DNA of 59,802 bases, the filler included, from Basidiobolus ranarum (Eukaryota), in NCBI GenBank assembly GCA_040143965.1. It is 8 parts of 8 records of this genome, joined end to end, with 100 filler letters (N's around TTAATTAATTAA, not from the genome) between each part and the next. Parts side by side here need not be neighbours in the genome. Positions count along the whole stretch, not along the records: positions 7,509 to 14,916 come from JASJQH010001125.1; positions 15,017 to 22,412 come from JASJQH010001126.1; positions 22,513 to 29,907 come from JASJQH010001127.1; 5 more parts are not named here. The stretch is one strand, 5' to 3'. The notes beneath the pieces were generated by a model. It worked only from the letters and a program-made list of their open reading frames with translations. It did not search any database and was not told the origin of the DNA. The translations under genes were made by a program, and so were the position numbers. Below, piece after piece: positions 13,476-27,500 of this stretch. Within the stretch, counting starts at the first letter, position 1, and each line of letters begins with the position of its first letter.

Positions 13476-14916
13476 TATTAATAGATTGTAGGAAGGAAAG
13501 CGAAAAGAAAAGTGATGTACTCGTTAATATGAGCTAAAGAGTAGCAGATTGATCAGATGGAGAGGCCTAAGTAGCTAGCATCCAATGCATCATCCTTATA
13601 TAGTGTATAATGACTACCAAAATGGGAGGGGTCACGAACATGAATTGCAATGGCCAATTAATGGGCGACATACGATTCCTAGTAATATGAGTAGCCTCCC
13701 CACTCTACGATAGTTTAGTATAGGATCATGCAATATCTGAATACTACAAGGCAGGAGGTGGAAAGGAATGATATGAAATCCACCAATGCGTGCAGGCCAT
13801 AATCTGCAAATCCTACTCCTAGTCTAAGTCCATCTGAAATAATGCTTGGAAGTGGATCACACTACTACTTTCTGATGCCTGGTAGGAGACATAAGGCAGC
13901 TTGCGGCCAAAGCCTAGATTCATAGAGTTTAAGGCCGTAATCTCACGTTTCCGAGACATAATGCACCCTCGCCAACGAAACAGAATGTTGATCCAAAACG
14001 ATTTGACACACTGGCCTATTATCAGAGTGAGCAGAGATGATCCGAATTAAGAGCAACCACCCACTAATGGTATCTGCATTGGAATACTTGTGGGTTAGGT
14101 GGCCATGTTAGCTGGGTTGGTTATTTCAGCATTTGCCGTCACACAAATGGCTGCATGATCATATGGAATTGCGATGATTTCGGATTTATCAGTGGAAAGT
14201 TTGGCATGCGCGATAATCCGAGTCACTTGTGGATGCCTTGGATATAAGTGCCATCGCTGGTCGTCGATATCTTCTCACTTTATTGCCGAACATCTCGCTT
14301 TAGGAGATGAGGTGGAACCATTGCTGGAATTCCATGATGCTATGAATGTCAGCGTACTGTCTTGTGAACAGGTCGAGCTAAGTCCAAACTTGATGACCAA
14401 GATCACATTAAGCGCTTTTAGAAAAGCTAGTATTTCGAGACGAATGGTAGCGGCTTTGTACTCCAATGTTTATCCGAGTTGTGACTGCATAGCTTTGCAA
14501 CGAAATGTACCAAAATGGCATCTAGAGATTCAAACTTTAAATTGGCATATGATCCTTACGCGTCCAGCGATTTGAGTCAAAAGCCTCATCTCAGATGATT
14601 ATTCACACACGTGTGTTTTAGTTTCCCCAATTGCCAATTATGCCTTCGATGTGGTTAAGGGGAAGCTACTAGCTGACATTATAAGGACACGAGCTCCACT
14701 CAGACCAATAGCATGCTGTGTCCATATCTGTTACACAGTAAATCCAATTGAGTAAATGGGTACCCATGTAAACCAGTTCCCACGGTAAAAACATGATATG
14801 TTATTTCCGTACGCTCTTAAACTTGTTGTTTCTGCTCGTTTAATTTGGTTTTAACCGATATTGTCATGTGGGGATGCGTGTAGATTCTTCGCTATCGTAT
14901 ATGTTTAGATTACTGC

Positions 14917-15016
14917 NNNNNNNNNNNNNNNNNNNNNNNNNNNNNNNNNNNNNNNNNNNNTTAATTAATTAANNNNNNNNNNNNNNNNNNNNNNNNNNNN
15001 NNNNNNNNNNNNNNNN
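14917..15016. other. Artificial contig-joining spacer
   Basis: N44-TTAATTAATTAA-N44. Confidence 0.98.
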
Positions 15017-15694
15017 AAAAGCGATCCCTTTGGGCACGGTCCGGACCAGAGGGGCCCCCCCCCAAAGGGGGGGGGGGGGGGGCCCCCCCGGGGGGGCCCC
15101 CAAAAAAACGGGGGGTTAGAAACCCCCCCAACACCACCCCCCCCCCCCCGCGGCCCGCCTATTCATCCTCATCCTCCTCTTCATTCAAAGGTAAGGCCCA
15201 ATTGATTCAGTCAACAACTGAATGTTCGTTCTTTCATCCTTGTAAACCAACGAATATTGCTTTGTCTTGATTGAATTAATTAACAAACTCATACACCCAT
15301 TGAAACCTGTCTGAAAGCTAACCATATTATCATTCATCTTTTACTGATATCGTTTTTGAGCCGATCTGAACGCCGAAGTATAAATAGATTCTTCGTTGGA
15401 TATATTTGGTAATAAAGATCGGAAGGTTCTATTCGCCATATTTGGCCATCAATAGTTGTTTACGTTTATCAACTCGTACTCTCACACCGTTCAACCATAG
15501 CTTCTATAAGAAAAAGAACAAATGAAATTTTTATTGGATCCCGGTAAAGAATATACGAGTGAGTATCCAATCAAAGTGAGTGAATTAGGACTAAGTATAA
15601 TGAGAAAATAATTGTCTATAGAATGGAACGTGGACATTCGAAATGAATTCGAAAATTTTACAAGACGTGAAATGGACCCATATGCTCATTCTAA

Positions 15695-18600
15695 TCATTT
15701 CGACCCACGTGAGCCTAGGCTACTTTCACTCTCCGGTTCGCTATGCCCTGTGGAGAGGTTCGCAGATGATAATCGGACTAGTTGACTGGGTGAGTGATAA
15801 CCTAGCTTTTCAATGGACGTGTTGGAGGAACCGTAACTTGTGATCTCGGTCAATGCATTGTTGGTTTTAAGTCGCTTTTCTCGTTCAAACTCGGACCATC
15901 TCTTCATGGTAATTTGAGAGCCATCAAATTCACCCATCTTCTTCGAGTGATCTCCACCGCCTCCTACCTCACCTTCTACCAGTCTCGTCTGACCCCAACT
16001 GAAATCATCAAAATGCCAGAATGCGTAAGCGGGAAGAACAAGATTCCAAACAGGTAGAGCGATAAGATAAATAACCATCCACCCGATGTAAACCATCTTT
16101 CTGGTAGTCAATGCGATCAAAATGGCCGGTGAGCCCAAAATCAAGCCCAATAAAACCAGAGGCATGACTGGAGGTGGGTGAATGATAAAGGAAATGATAA
16201 TCAAATAGACTGTGAAACAAATAGATGCTGGGAGTACAATAGTACTGATAAGGTCCATGAGGATCATAAATTGCATGGAGAAACAAAATGTACCACAAAG
16301 ATCGCGAACCATAACCAACTCTAAAAGATTATGAACGGTGGAGTTGATCCAGCGACGACGTTGTGAAAGTAACACTTTGAATGTGTCCGGAGCAACAGTT
16401 TTGCACACTGCCTGTGGCACAAAGGTCATCTTACGCTTAGGGAACGTCTTTAACATCAGGGTACTCAAGTAACGATCCTCTCCCAAGAGAAGGAGATTCT
16501 TCATGTGCAAAGTTTCTACTACATTTTCTGAGTAGTGCTCGACGATTTCCGGACAGACAAGAATGGGAACCCAGAAGTTAGTATTAGCCTTGGGTGCTTT
16601 GATACGGTACATGGAGAAGCAACCGGGAAGACAAGTAACACCACTAAATACAGCTTCAAAAGCTTTACTCATGTGATGGGAAATGTAGTATTCAAAAACC
16701 TGGATCATAGTAACCCAACTGTCTTTCTTATTGGCGATCTTCGTTTCACCACAAAGTCCCATAATCTGCGGATCTCGTACCATACAAGAAGCCATACGTG
16801 TCACAGAGTCCGAATATACCCTAGTATCGGCATCAACCATTAAAATAATCTCAAACCTATCGGGACTGACTCCAGTGGTGGACCAGATGGCGTTGAACAA
16901 TTCATATTCCAACTCTGTCATACGATCATCGAACATCACATGTTGAAGGAACGACATCAGAATGATCTGACTGTCACGCTTACCACGGTTACCGGGTTTG
17001 GCGGTTTTGGCCTCCTCAGGGGTGCCGCACTTGGAAATCAAAATCATGGGTACTCGTTGTTGCTGTTCAACTGGGACCAAATTATCGTCGTACTTGTAGT
17101 AGCCTGCGTACACTTTAGACATGTTATGTCTCTTGGAACCATCGGCAATCGCCACGTAAGAGTAGGGTTGAACATTCTCAGGGGCGATCACAAAATCCTT
17201 CATCATAGATAAGCAGATATCGGGGGTAGACATGTCGTTACCACTTCCAACAATGAGACCATCAGCAATGACTAAGATAAGCTTGTGAGATTGTGGATAG
17301 TCAGTAGTGGCTAAAGAATCCAGAGTGGTGCGAATACCATCTGCACCTTCTGAATAACAGGTGACCAGCAATATAGCGTAGGCCAAGTTAAAGTCGAAAG
17401 GCTGGAATGATGGCGGGGGTGGAGTAGGTGGAATGTGAACATTTGATGATATGGTAGATGAGGTGTTAGAGAATCTACGTAAGGCATCTGGATTAGGAGA
17501 CGTGGTTCTTTGGAAAGAGTTCGGTGGAAGTAGTGATTTAGAGGAGACTCTACCACCACTGTTATAGGGATTGTTAAGGTTAGAAGAACTTCTCTTAAAG
17601 TAATCCATACTGTGATTAGACGAGTAGCGACTTGTGGTTGGCAAAAATCCACTAGATTTAGGAGGAGCATATGTATGTGGAGTACCAATAACCGTACTAT
17701 TGGGATTCTCACTCCAGTGCTCAATAGCCTCCATACGCTTAGTACGCTCTTCGTAAGTTTCCTGACGGAAAGAACCCAGACGCCAACTTAGTACCCATCC
17801 AAAGTAAACCGCAAAGCCAAACTTCGTCAACACTACACCAAGAATAACAACCAAAGCAACCTTAAGAATAATTTTGGAAATGATACATCCAATAGTAGTA
17901 GTGTCGAGAGCGCCAACACGAAAGATATCCATAGCACATTTGCCTTCGTTACGGTAAAAGTTGTTCAAAAGGTAGGTAACATCAGTTCCCCGAAATGTAG
18001 AATTATCCATACTCAGCTGCTTGAATATCGAAGGTGGGGTGATAGCAGGGAGAAGTGAACGAACCAATCCAAAATCTAGCACTTGTCCGTTGTAAACAAC
18101 TAGATTCTTAGATTGAACATCCTTCCAATTGTAATAAACATCGCCATATCGTGGAAGACTCTTATAGTCTGCATAACTCTTACAGTTACTCGTGTTAAGG
18201 GCTTCTGGAGCGGGAGCCATATTGAGGTAATGGGGAACACAAGGAAAATAATATTCGCTAGTCTGAAGGTTAAACACTTCATTGCAATGTCGATTTATAT
18301 CCTGGTATAGGAAAGAAAGATCCTTTCCTCCAACTGCAGCAAACAGCGGATTGTTGTCAATCTTTATGACCATTCCGTTTATTACCACGTCCTTGTTCCC
18401 TACAGATTCTATGTGAATAGGTTTGATATGATTTGATCGACAGAGGATCTCTTCGAAGCCGATGATCAGGAAACCGACCGCACAGCATAAAACAGCGACT
18501 ATAGTACATAACGTCATCTTTTCTCTCCATGCCTGCCTAACTCCATCAGAATCCATTCCTAAATTCAAGAGTCAGTGATGGTTCAAACTATAAAATAGCT

Positions 18601-19174
18601 ACTTGACAACTGTACCACAACATTTCAAGACAGGAGAAGGTGCATAGCATGTAACCAATCTGGAAAAAATCACCCAACAGCTAGGGCATTTCTTTTTAGG
18701 TTTGACGAGAGGCGCGGGTTTCGTTGCGTTTCTATGAAGGCTTACTGCGCGCCCTAGAATCTCCTCTCGACTCATAGGGCTTGATACATTGGTTGGAGTA
18801 CGACGAGGATGTTTTGGCTTTGGGCGACGTTCAGGCCGAACCAAAGATTTTTGACGACGAGGCTCATTACTTCTCATCCCATGCTCCACCTGGAGCCCTT
18901 AAAAACAAACATGTCAGTACTTTAGCTCCTAAAGATCATCAGCCATTTATTTTATATAGGTACCTGATACGTTTCGACTAATATTTTTTAATTCGACACC
19001 CTCGTGTGTCCTTCTTGGAGGACCTTCTCTGATTCCGTGAAGTTGGGGTCGGGGTTGTTTTGATCTATAATACCCTGCCAGATAAAGTACATAAGAAAGG
19101 GAGGGATACAATGGCTTGAATTGATGTTAAAAGCTACCTTCTGAAGGTTTTTTAGGGTCGTGATTCGAAGCCAT
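15695..19174 (-). CDS. Chitin synthase, division 2 / class IV (Chs3-like); predicted exons 19174-19138, 19074-18964, 18897-18616, 18558-15695
   Basis: RRQKSLVRPER, QAWREK, a cytochrome-b5-like region, TCYSEG, GNRGKRDSQ, MVDADT, CLPGCF, LGEDRYL, SQRRRW and WHFDDFSWG. Three short GT-AG introns give a continuous frame. The catalytic exon is secure; the 5' exons are my prediction. Confidence 0.93.
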
Positions 19175-19856
19175 GTTGGACGCTAGAGATGTGACTATAC
19201 TCAAGCACTAGTATTATCAAAGACCTGGTAAACTCAACCTTGATGTAGCACAGATTTAAAACAGTTGGGGAACAAAGGGAATGAAGGGAAGAAGAGAGCA
19301 GAAATTAGGATTTATCTCACAAAAAGCACCAGTGGAAATTCTATTTAGTACTCTTCTACAGATCTATTTAATCCGATAGAACGTAATAATAGTTTAGTGG
19401 GAGTGTAGTTTTCTTAACTGAGCCTTTCCTAATTAAGTATCCCTAACCCTATTCCACAATTGAGTAACGTCTTTTCAATATTCTCAAAACCTTCCCAAAA
19501 CCAGGTCCATAACAAATTATCGATCTCTTGTTCTAGACACGACCCACATGGACTGGCGTGATTACAATAACAAATAAAATTCTTATTAGTATATTTCTGT
19601 GATCCAATACTGTTCCTGAATTCATTTCATGATCTCGGTGGTTCGGCCATTTCGGCCTAGGAGGATTTTCGTTATTAAGCCGATCAACCGAGTGATTTTT
19701 GCCAAAAGATCATATCATTGTTATGTTATATATCGTTTAAATAGTAATGGCTATGAAAAATTCCGAATTGAGTTTTTTGGACTATTTTGAATGCATAATA
19801 GTTAATTTATATTCCCGATGTTTCTCCATAATGTTTCTAATTGCTTCCATACATTG

Positions 19857-19939
19857 ATTATCATGAACGACATTATCATGAACGACATTATCATGAACGA
19901 CATTATCATGAACGTCATTATCATGAACGTCATTATCAT
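19857..19939. repeat. Minisatellite, 15-bp unit ATTATCATGAACG(A/T)C, about 5.5 copies
   Basis: Direct reading: three ...GAC units, then two ...GTC units, then a partial unit. Confidence 0.95.
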
Positions 19940-20244
19940 TAATGACAGTGATCGCTACATACTTGGTCTGAAATGCAGTAGAGTGATGATCATTCAAATC
20001 AAGAATTGGAAACCAGCAAAAGATATGCTCTAAGCAGAATCTCCCGCGAAATGTTCAACATCAGTATTTGGCCTAGCAGCATATATCTATTTTATTTAGA
20101 GTTGGATTATATAAGTTATGCACAGTTCATTACTGAGTAGAAAATCAAAACATCCTTTTTAGTGTTAACTATTTGAAAAGAACCAGAGTAGACTTTAACA
20201 AATTTACCACCAATCGTAGATACAAGCTCTTTCTAATTCTTGGC

Positions 20245-20361
20245 GAAATATATACTGTCTCACTAGCTATATTCACCAACTACATTGGAAATATATACTG
20301 TCTCATTAGCTATAGTCACCAACTACATTGGAAATATATACTGCCTCACTAGCTATATTCA
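20245..20361. repeat. 43-bp tandem repeat, about 2.7 copies, at the 3' end of the P450 pseudogene
   Basis: GAAATATATACTGTCTCACTAGCTATATTCACCAACTACATTG units start at 20245, 20288 and 20331. Confidence 0.9.
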
Positions 20362-21526
20362 ACATGACCTGACGCAACTCAATCATAGCAAATTCTTGAC
20401 CTATGCAGCTCCTCGAGGACTTGCTGAACCCATAGGTGCGTGATGACAACTTCGGATCTTCCACAAATCTCATTGGGTAGTATTCCTTGTGCTCTTGATC
20501 ATCCATAATTCTCTGGTTGAGTGAGTACAATGGCACCAGCACCTCAACGTTCCCGGGGAAAACAACTCCCTCGATCGTGCATTGCTCCGTAGTGTAGCGG
20601 CGGATTGTAGTTGTTCCTGGTGGGAATAAGAATAGGGCTTCGTGAATCACCGCGTTAAGGAATTTGGCTTATCGTAGAACACCACTTGGCAGCACTTCGA
20701 AATCATCCTTGGTGAATTCCATAGAATCAGCGTACAGTTCATCCATCTCGGATTGAAGTGTGGCCAACTCAGCTGGATGTTCGGCAAGTTGTTTGAATAT
20801 GATTGATAATATTGACGCTGTGGTTTCCATCCCTGCTAGCATAAATAGCCGCATAGTTTTGACAATATTATCTTTCTGTTCCTTGCCTAACTTTCCTCCT
20901 TTACGTTCAGCTTCAACCGCCATTTGCATGAAATCGTGTGGTGGGTCAGACATTGCATAGGTGGTTGTACTGTTTGTTGTGAAGAATCGAGAAATGGAAT
21001 GTGTCTTTGAGACGAAAACTGGTTAAGAATTGTAAGATCGTGACCATGACATCCAGTGGAAAAGGTCGACAAGAGGATGTACTTTTTTAGATGGATCTAA
21101 CAGGGGAGCAACGAGTTTTGTACCAAATGCCGTGCCACCCATGATATTCAATGCATTCTCCCAGCAAAGACGAGTCATGTCAAATGTCTCCCCCGACTCA
21201 GTAGCTTTCACCATACGCTTACACCATGCGACAGTGCATTCAGTAAAGAGATGCTCAGAGAGAGAAAGTGATTTGGTGGTGAACACTGTCGTAACCTGAC
21301 GACGCATTTCACTATGAACTTGAGGATCACGAGTTGTTAAAAGGTTAGTGATTGACAGGAAGTAGAGGCCTTCGTAATACGGCGAATTGGGTAATGTGTG
21401 CAAGGCAAGGTCAGCCATAGTGGTGGTCCGAATGGCAATCGTATTGCACCCAACACGGATAACGGGTGACTTGAGGTCCTGAAATTCTTCTTCAATAGTC
21501 AAATGGCGTAAATGTTGTGAAAGCAA
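20306..21526 (-). pseudogene. Cytochrome P450 pseudogene
   Basis: Three ORFs in one frame are separated by TAA stops at 21023 and 20669. The I-helix reads AGMETT, ExxR has decayed to EALF, PERF to PMRF, and the heme motif reads FSKSSRSCIG (G to S). No N-terminal anchor or ATG start is seen. Confidence 0.88.
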
Positions 21527-21714
21527 CGGACGGTGTGGAAATAGCCAAGTATATGCATATCAGGTGGTGTAGACTTTATTCAGCTAATACTCTAATCTAA
21601 ATAAAGTGACAATCGAGACATCAATCTTTTAAGATATTATGACAAAACTCGATCATATTCATACTTAACTTGATGACCAATGTAATCAAGTTCTGAGAAT
21701 GTAAATATAGTGTT

Positions 21715-22038
21715 TGTTAAAGTATTTAGGAGCCTGTTGGAAGTGGTTTGGAGAATTAGAAAAATTGGTGGTTTTCACTCATTGAGGTGACATTTATAGT
21801 TTTGTCAAGATGTAAACAAACTAACATGTAGAATGTGTTAAGGAAGGTCCCAGGAACATGTGTGCAAAGTTTGGGGGTTCTTTGAATAATCTATATATCT
21901 GGGAACTTCTAAGTTGGTAAAAATATTTTAAGTAAATTCCTATTGAGAATAATGGGTAATATCTTAGTGAAATATATGATAACTAAGTACTAAGCTATAT
22001 AAGACTATATAGATGTTTAGGCAATGCTAATTTCAACA
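21715..22038 (-). mobile_element. Solo LTR of a Ty1/copia family with a 5-bp target-site duplication
   Basis: Reverse-complement homolog of the LTR at 22942-23280, with TG...CA ends. GTGTT flanks both sides (21710-21714 and 22039-22043). Confidence 0.88.
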
Positions 22039-22412
22039 GTGTTAAAGGGCAAACATGGTATGCTGAAAGGAAGATATTCAGTATTTACCAAATGGACAAA
22101 AGGACAAAAACCTGGAATAATGGGAATCAAGAAAGGTGTCTTGGAAGCAAGGTGTTGCTTCCAAAGGTCTAGCTGAAGGTCTATAGCAAAAATTTAGACT
22201 GTTTTGTTTCATGCAGTTGTAAAGCTAATTCAGAAATAAGAGGGTCATCTTGCATCAGTTTCCAGCATGATAGCAGATTTAAAGATGGTATGGCTAGCAA
22301 CTTAGGGGGGGAGACAGTCACCAAAAGGTGAAATCTTTATTTCAAACAAAACAAAGAAGCCATAACTACTTTTGTAGTTTCTTAACTAATGTATGGAGAT
22401 CAGGAGTATTTG

Positions 22413-22512
22413 NNNNNNNNNNNNNNNNNNNNNNNNNNNNNNNNNNNNNNNNNNNNTTAATTAATTAANNNNNNNNNNNNNNNNNNNNNNNNNNNNNNNN
22501 NNNNNNNNNNNN
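22413..22512. other. Artificial contig-joining spacer
   Basis: N44-TTAATTAATTAA-N44. Confidence 0.98.
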
Positions 22513-23280
22513 AACAAGATACTTATTTCTTTACTGTAATGCAGCTATTACTTGGAATTCAAAGAAACAACCCACTGTAGCACTTTCAACAACACAAGCA
22601 GAATACATGGCTGCCTATGAAGTAATAAAAGAAGCAATATAGTTAAGAAAACTTGTAACATATTTAGGTTATTCTCAATATTTACCAATGACAATATTTC
22701 AAGATAATCAAAGTTGTATTAAATTAGCAAAAAATCCCATGTTTCACAATAGAAGCAAACATATACACACTAAGCTTCACTTCATTAGAGAGACTATAGA
22801 GAATAAGTTTATTGACATAACTTATTGTTCTACAGAAGACATGATTGCTGATATAGTAACCAAACCATTAGCTAGATGGAAATTTGAGAAATTTTGACCT
22901 TTGTTAGGATTAGTTCATATAACTATTTAGTTGAGGGAGAGTGTTGATATTAGCATTGCCTAAACACCTATATAGTGATATATAGCTTAGTACTTAGTTA
23001 TCTTATATTTCACTAGGATATTATCCATTATTCTCAATTGGAATTTACTTAGAATATTAACACCAACTTAGAAGTTCTCACATACATAGATTTTTCAAAG
23101 AAGCCCCAAACTTTGTACACATGTTCATGGGACCTTCCTTGACACATTCTACACGTTAGTTTGTTTACATCTAGACAAAACTGTAAATGTCAACTTTCTA
23201 CCCAATAAATCACTAAGTGAAAACTACAAATTCCTCTAATTCTCCAAACCACCTCCAACAGGCTCCCAAATACTTTAACA
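22513..23280 (+). mobile_element. 3' end of a Ty1/copia retrotransposon: decayed RNase H, polypurine tract and 3' LTR (22942-23280)
   Basis: KKQPTVALSTTQAEYMA...IFQDNQSCIKLAKNPMFHNRSKHIHTKLHFIRE...TEDMIADIVTKPL with stops. The PPT GAGGGAGAG lies immediately before TGTTG...TTAACA. Confidence 0.92.
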
Positions 23281-24522
23281 ATTATTTACTTCTGATCATG
23301 ACTTCCCAGACTCTTGGACTAGAGGTATCTTGCATGTTATGATTTAGATAGCAATGGTTAGTCCTGAAGCTTCACACTAAAATAGACTTTCCTGCACGGC
23401 GACCTAAGATTATGTACCAGGCAGATTCACTGGATTATTAATTACCGGGATTTGATTTTGTATTGTAGCGTATCCTTTGAATATGTCTTAACGGTATTGA
23501 GAAATGCCAGGTTTTTAAACTTACTAAGCATCTCTTTCATTTGTTTGTAAAGTAGTAATAGACTTTATGGTTAAATCACTTATTCTCCAATATATACATA
23601 GATCATGCGTAACTAATACATGCATTCTGATTATCCTATGTAGCTACAAAAGGTGATTAGTCTACAGTTTTTACTTGAATTTTAATGTTTTCTACACTCG
23701 CCAGGAATATGCTGGTATAGTATAATAAGGAAAACAGGAACCTAAGCTGTATAGGTGATTGCTAATATACAAACTAGAATTTATGCCAATATTTCGATTG
23801 AATGATTTAGAGAACTAGGAAAATTAGCTTTTATACAAATATATAAGGCGCACCACATGGCCTAATCATGCTGAAGCAATCATTGGATGGCAAGATGGAA
23901 TAGTCAGATCAACTAATTGGAATTTTACCTATTGCGATCTGAGCGAGGAGAACATCAGGATCGGTATATATATATATATAAGAGCTTATTATAAGTAGAT
24001 GTGCATGATTCACTCCACACCATGAAGTGAACGAAGTAACCAACAATAAGATTAGAGAGCCACTGATATAATCTTAGAGCCACATAATATAATCAAAGAC
24101 AAATATGCAGTAACTACATTGCTTTCTTTGTTGATGTTAATGTGAGGAACAATTTGATGTTAACCCGGAAACAATTAGATGTTATCCTGGAAACAATCAA
24201 ATACGATGCGCCCAAAGTTATGTTTATATTAACACCAACTTCTTTTTTGGTCAGCTGAACAACCGTTGTAACCGAATTTACCCTACCTGTTTCAGTAGAT
24301 GGATTCCCATTTTAGTGCCTTTATATTGCTAAGTAGTCGTGAGTTCCAGTTCTTTCCGTGGCACTTTTGCCTTGACTTGTTCGCTTCATAAGTTTTGGAG
24401 TTTTCTCTCCAACTATATTGATACCCACATATACCCCCCATTACATTGTTAGCTTCTTGAGCACTTCCTTTCTCAAGGCCATTGAACCTCATTTTCCCTC
24501 CTCAGTCACGTTTAAGCACATC

Positions 24523-27500
24523 ATGGGTGGCGAAGAGGATGGAAATAGCCTTGGTTCTTTATTAGGGCTTTTCAAGAGTCCTACTGGTAGAAATAATATT
24601 TCGAATATACCCAACTCCAACAATTTTTTGAGCACTCCACAATCACCAGTATCCACCACATTAACCTCGAAAATGTACACTTTACCCTTATCAACTTAAT
24701 ACCACCTCCTTATCACTAACTTATTGGATTTTTTTATAAAAGTTTGGATGAGTTAAGATACCGAAATATCTCCCCTACTGAACTGGAAAAACTTCCTAGA
24801 AGAAGGTATTTGTTATTTGCTTCTTTCTCACTTTCCTCTCTTCCAAAGCTATGTTACTCTCTTATTTTCTTTCTCGTTCTTTTGAAACTTCATATTAAAC
24901 TCTATGTTTGTATTTTAGAACCATTCATTTCGGAAAACTTCCTACTTCTATTCAAAAACCACTGGAAACCACGGTAAATATTGAGAAAAAATTGGATTCT
25001 TGAAACACTTTCTGACACTCAATATTAAATAGATACCAGAAGAGAGTACCGTCACCGAATTAGCCCATGAAACGGAAGAATTGAAAAGTTTACAAGAACA
25101 ACTGAAACAACAACAAGAAGAATTTGAACTTCGAGAAAGGAACTATAGAGAAGAAATTAAAAATTTACGAGAGCATCGAGATAGAAATTGGAAATCATTA
25201 GAAAGCACCACGAATTCTCTTGCTTCACTATCAAATACTACCAACGAAACTACACAATCAAATATTTCCACTTCACCTTCACCTTCACCCTCACCCTCTC
25301 TACTTCCCACCAATTCCTTAAATTCGCAATCTATCTCTACTTCATACTTGATGGAAATGGAAGATTTAAAAAGAGAAAAAGAATCACTTCAACAACATTT
25401 AAATATCGCTACTAATCAATTGAAATCTTATGAAAATTCATTAAAAAATCTCTTCCATCAACACACCGAAACCCAAAATCGTTTGGAGTCTCTTGAAGTG
25501 GAGAAAAAAGACTTGGAAATTCGTGGAGTGGAGAATGAAATCGCTTATTTGGATCTGGAAGAGGAAAGAGATGAATTAATCACTAAATGTGATCAATTAA
25601 ATCAATTACTTCGTTCTCAAGTAAGTTCTTTGGAAAGTCTATTGGATATCTCTCATATCATTCACCCTTTCTTTAAAAGATGTCGAAGGAAGTGGCGATT
25701 GGAACCATGTCCAAAATGGTCGATTCTTTAAGACTACAGTATACGGACCTTCAACAAGAATCTGAGCAATTACAAGCAAATGTGACCGCTCAGGAGGAGA
25801 AGAAATCGTCCTTGTCTAAAGAACTATCAGTGTTGCTCATGGATGTCAAGTCGTTGGAGACTGAAATTGGTGCTAGTAAAGAAGAACATGCTAAAAAGAC
25901 GGAGGAAAAAGAAAGTCTTGCTGCCCAGATGCTAAATAAGATAGCCAAAGAGGAGGAACTAAAGAGAGAGATGGATCTTTTGGAGGCCAATCATGAAACC
26001 CTGGAACAGCAGTATGTCAACTTGCAGAAATCTATTGAAGAACTCAACGAAGTATTGTCTCGTGAATCGGAACGGATTGATACCCTTCAGGAGGACCGAA
26101 GATCTTTAGCCGAAGAAATAGATGTGTTAATCGAAGTGAATGAAGAACTTCGTAGTAAAGCGGAGTTCTGGAGAAATTCAGTGAAGGAAGTTGAGTCGGA
26201 ATTCCCTTCTAGCTTGTCAGTTAATTCCAAACATTCCAATCGAAATTCAAATGGCAATACGTTTGTTCGAATTCAAAAAATTTACGAACAAAGGCTAACC
26301 GACCAAGAACATCGTTTCAATAGACTCTGGGATGATATCGTGATCAATAATGAGCATCTACAAAATGAGAATCAGAACCTTCAATTTCAACTTGGCGATT
26401 TGGGAAATGACCGTGATTCATGGGCAAATTACGCCAATGAACTTGAGAGTCGAGTTGAAGCCTCGCCAAGAGAATCGGAACAAACTGCGGAATCCAATAC
26501 CCTGAACATTGATCATAATGTCAAGGCTGAAAAGGAAAAGGCCGATTCATGGCCTCATTTAGACTCCGTGACGGCTGACTTCCAGCGTAAAATCGATGGC
26601 TTAGAAAGAGACCGGCAAGAATTGATAGATTACGCACGGAAACTCGAATACGAAGTTGATAATTTAACACAAGAACTCCAGCATAAGGATAGTTCAAGTA
26701 GAAGACATAGTCAGAGCCTTGCTCCACTCACACCAAGTGAGTCGGTAAACCAAGAATCTCTTCTTCCATACACTCCTTTCCAGAACGGCACATTTCCTGA
26801 AAATGGCAGTAAAAGCAAAAATACCATCGATAATACATTCCCTTCGACGACTAATTTCGAAACTGAAGGATTTGCCTCACTTTTTGCGGATATCGATCAG
26901 ATGCGAGACGAAATGATGAAACTTTCTCAACTTAATACTCGTTTACAGGAGGACTGTCATACATTCAAAACAGATAGAGATAGATTGGCCACAGAGATTC
27001 ATCGACTTGTGGACGAAAATAGTGCGTTGGTAGACGAGCGCAAGGATATCCTTGCCGCTGCTCGCAGAGAACCCAAGATCGCCAAAAGGATGTTCGGGGG
27101 AGATCTCATCAAGGATCCCCGTTTTCTAGAGCTCATGGACAAAATCAACTCTCTTGAAATCAACCTTGACAATCAGTACCAGGTCAACGAAAAACTTAAA
27201 CGACAAGTGACTGGCGATTATTCAGCGCGCATGGAAGACAAGCATTCTACATCGGAGTCTGAACACGCTCATAGCACTGATAGTCCCAACTCCAGTTCCT
27301 CGGATAGTATTATACTAAGTAAAGAATTGGTCAACTCATTGCTGGCTCAAACATATGCGGTTAAACAAATGTTAGAAACGGATTCTCTACTCTTAACCGA
27401 GATTCAGATCACACTCTCTCCTGACTCAGCAGAATCTACGCGCGCTTCCGACGTAGTCTCTGAAGATTCAAAGAGTAGTACCAAGCCGATCGATCGAGAT

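Noticed and set aside
14174-14575. 133-aa ORF upstream of ACS
   Set aside because: No recognisable domain, and overlapping short ORFs on both strands. Unsupported without expression data.
15017-15160. G/C homopolymer-rich stretch as a G-quadruplex or regulatory element
   Set aside because: It sits at a contig start and consists of irregular G, C and A runs typical of low-quality read ends.
19857-19939. 15-bp repeat array as a possible CRISPR or repeat-protein gene (ORFs 19782..19997 and 19818..20033)
   Set aside because: The units are directly adjacent with no unique spacers, and there are no cas genes. The ORFs are open only because the unit is a stop-free multiple of 3.
22141-22164. Perfect hairpin TTGGAAGCAA-GGTG-TTGCTTCCAA
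   Set aside because: It is isolated in decayed AT-rich DNA with no second copy or associated end motif, so no function can be assigned.
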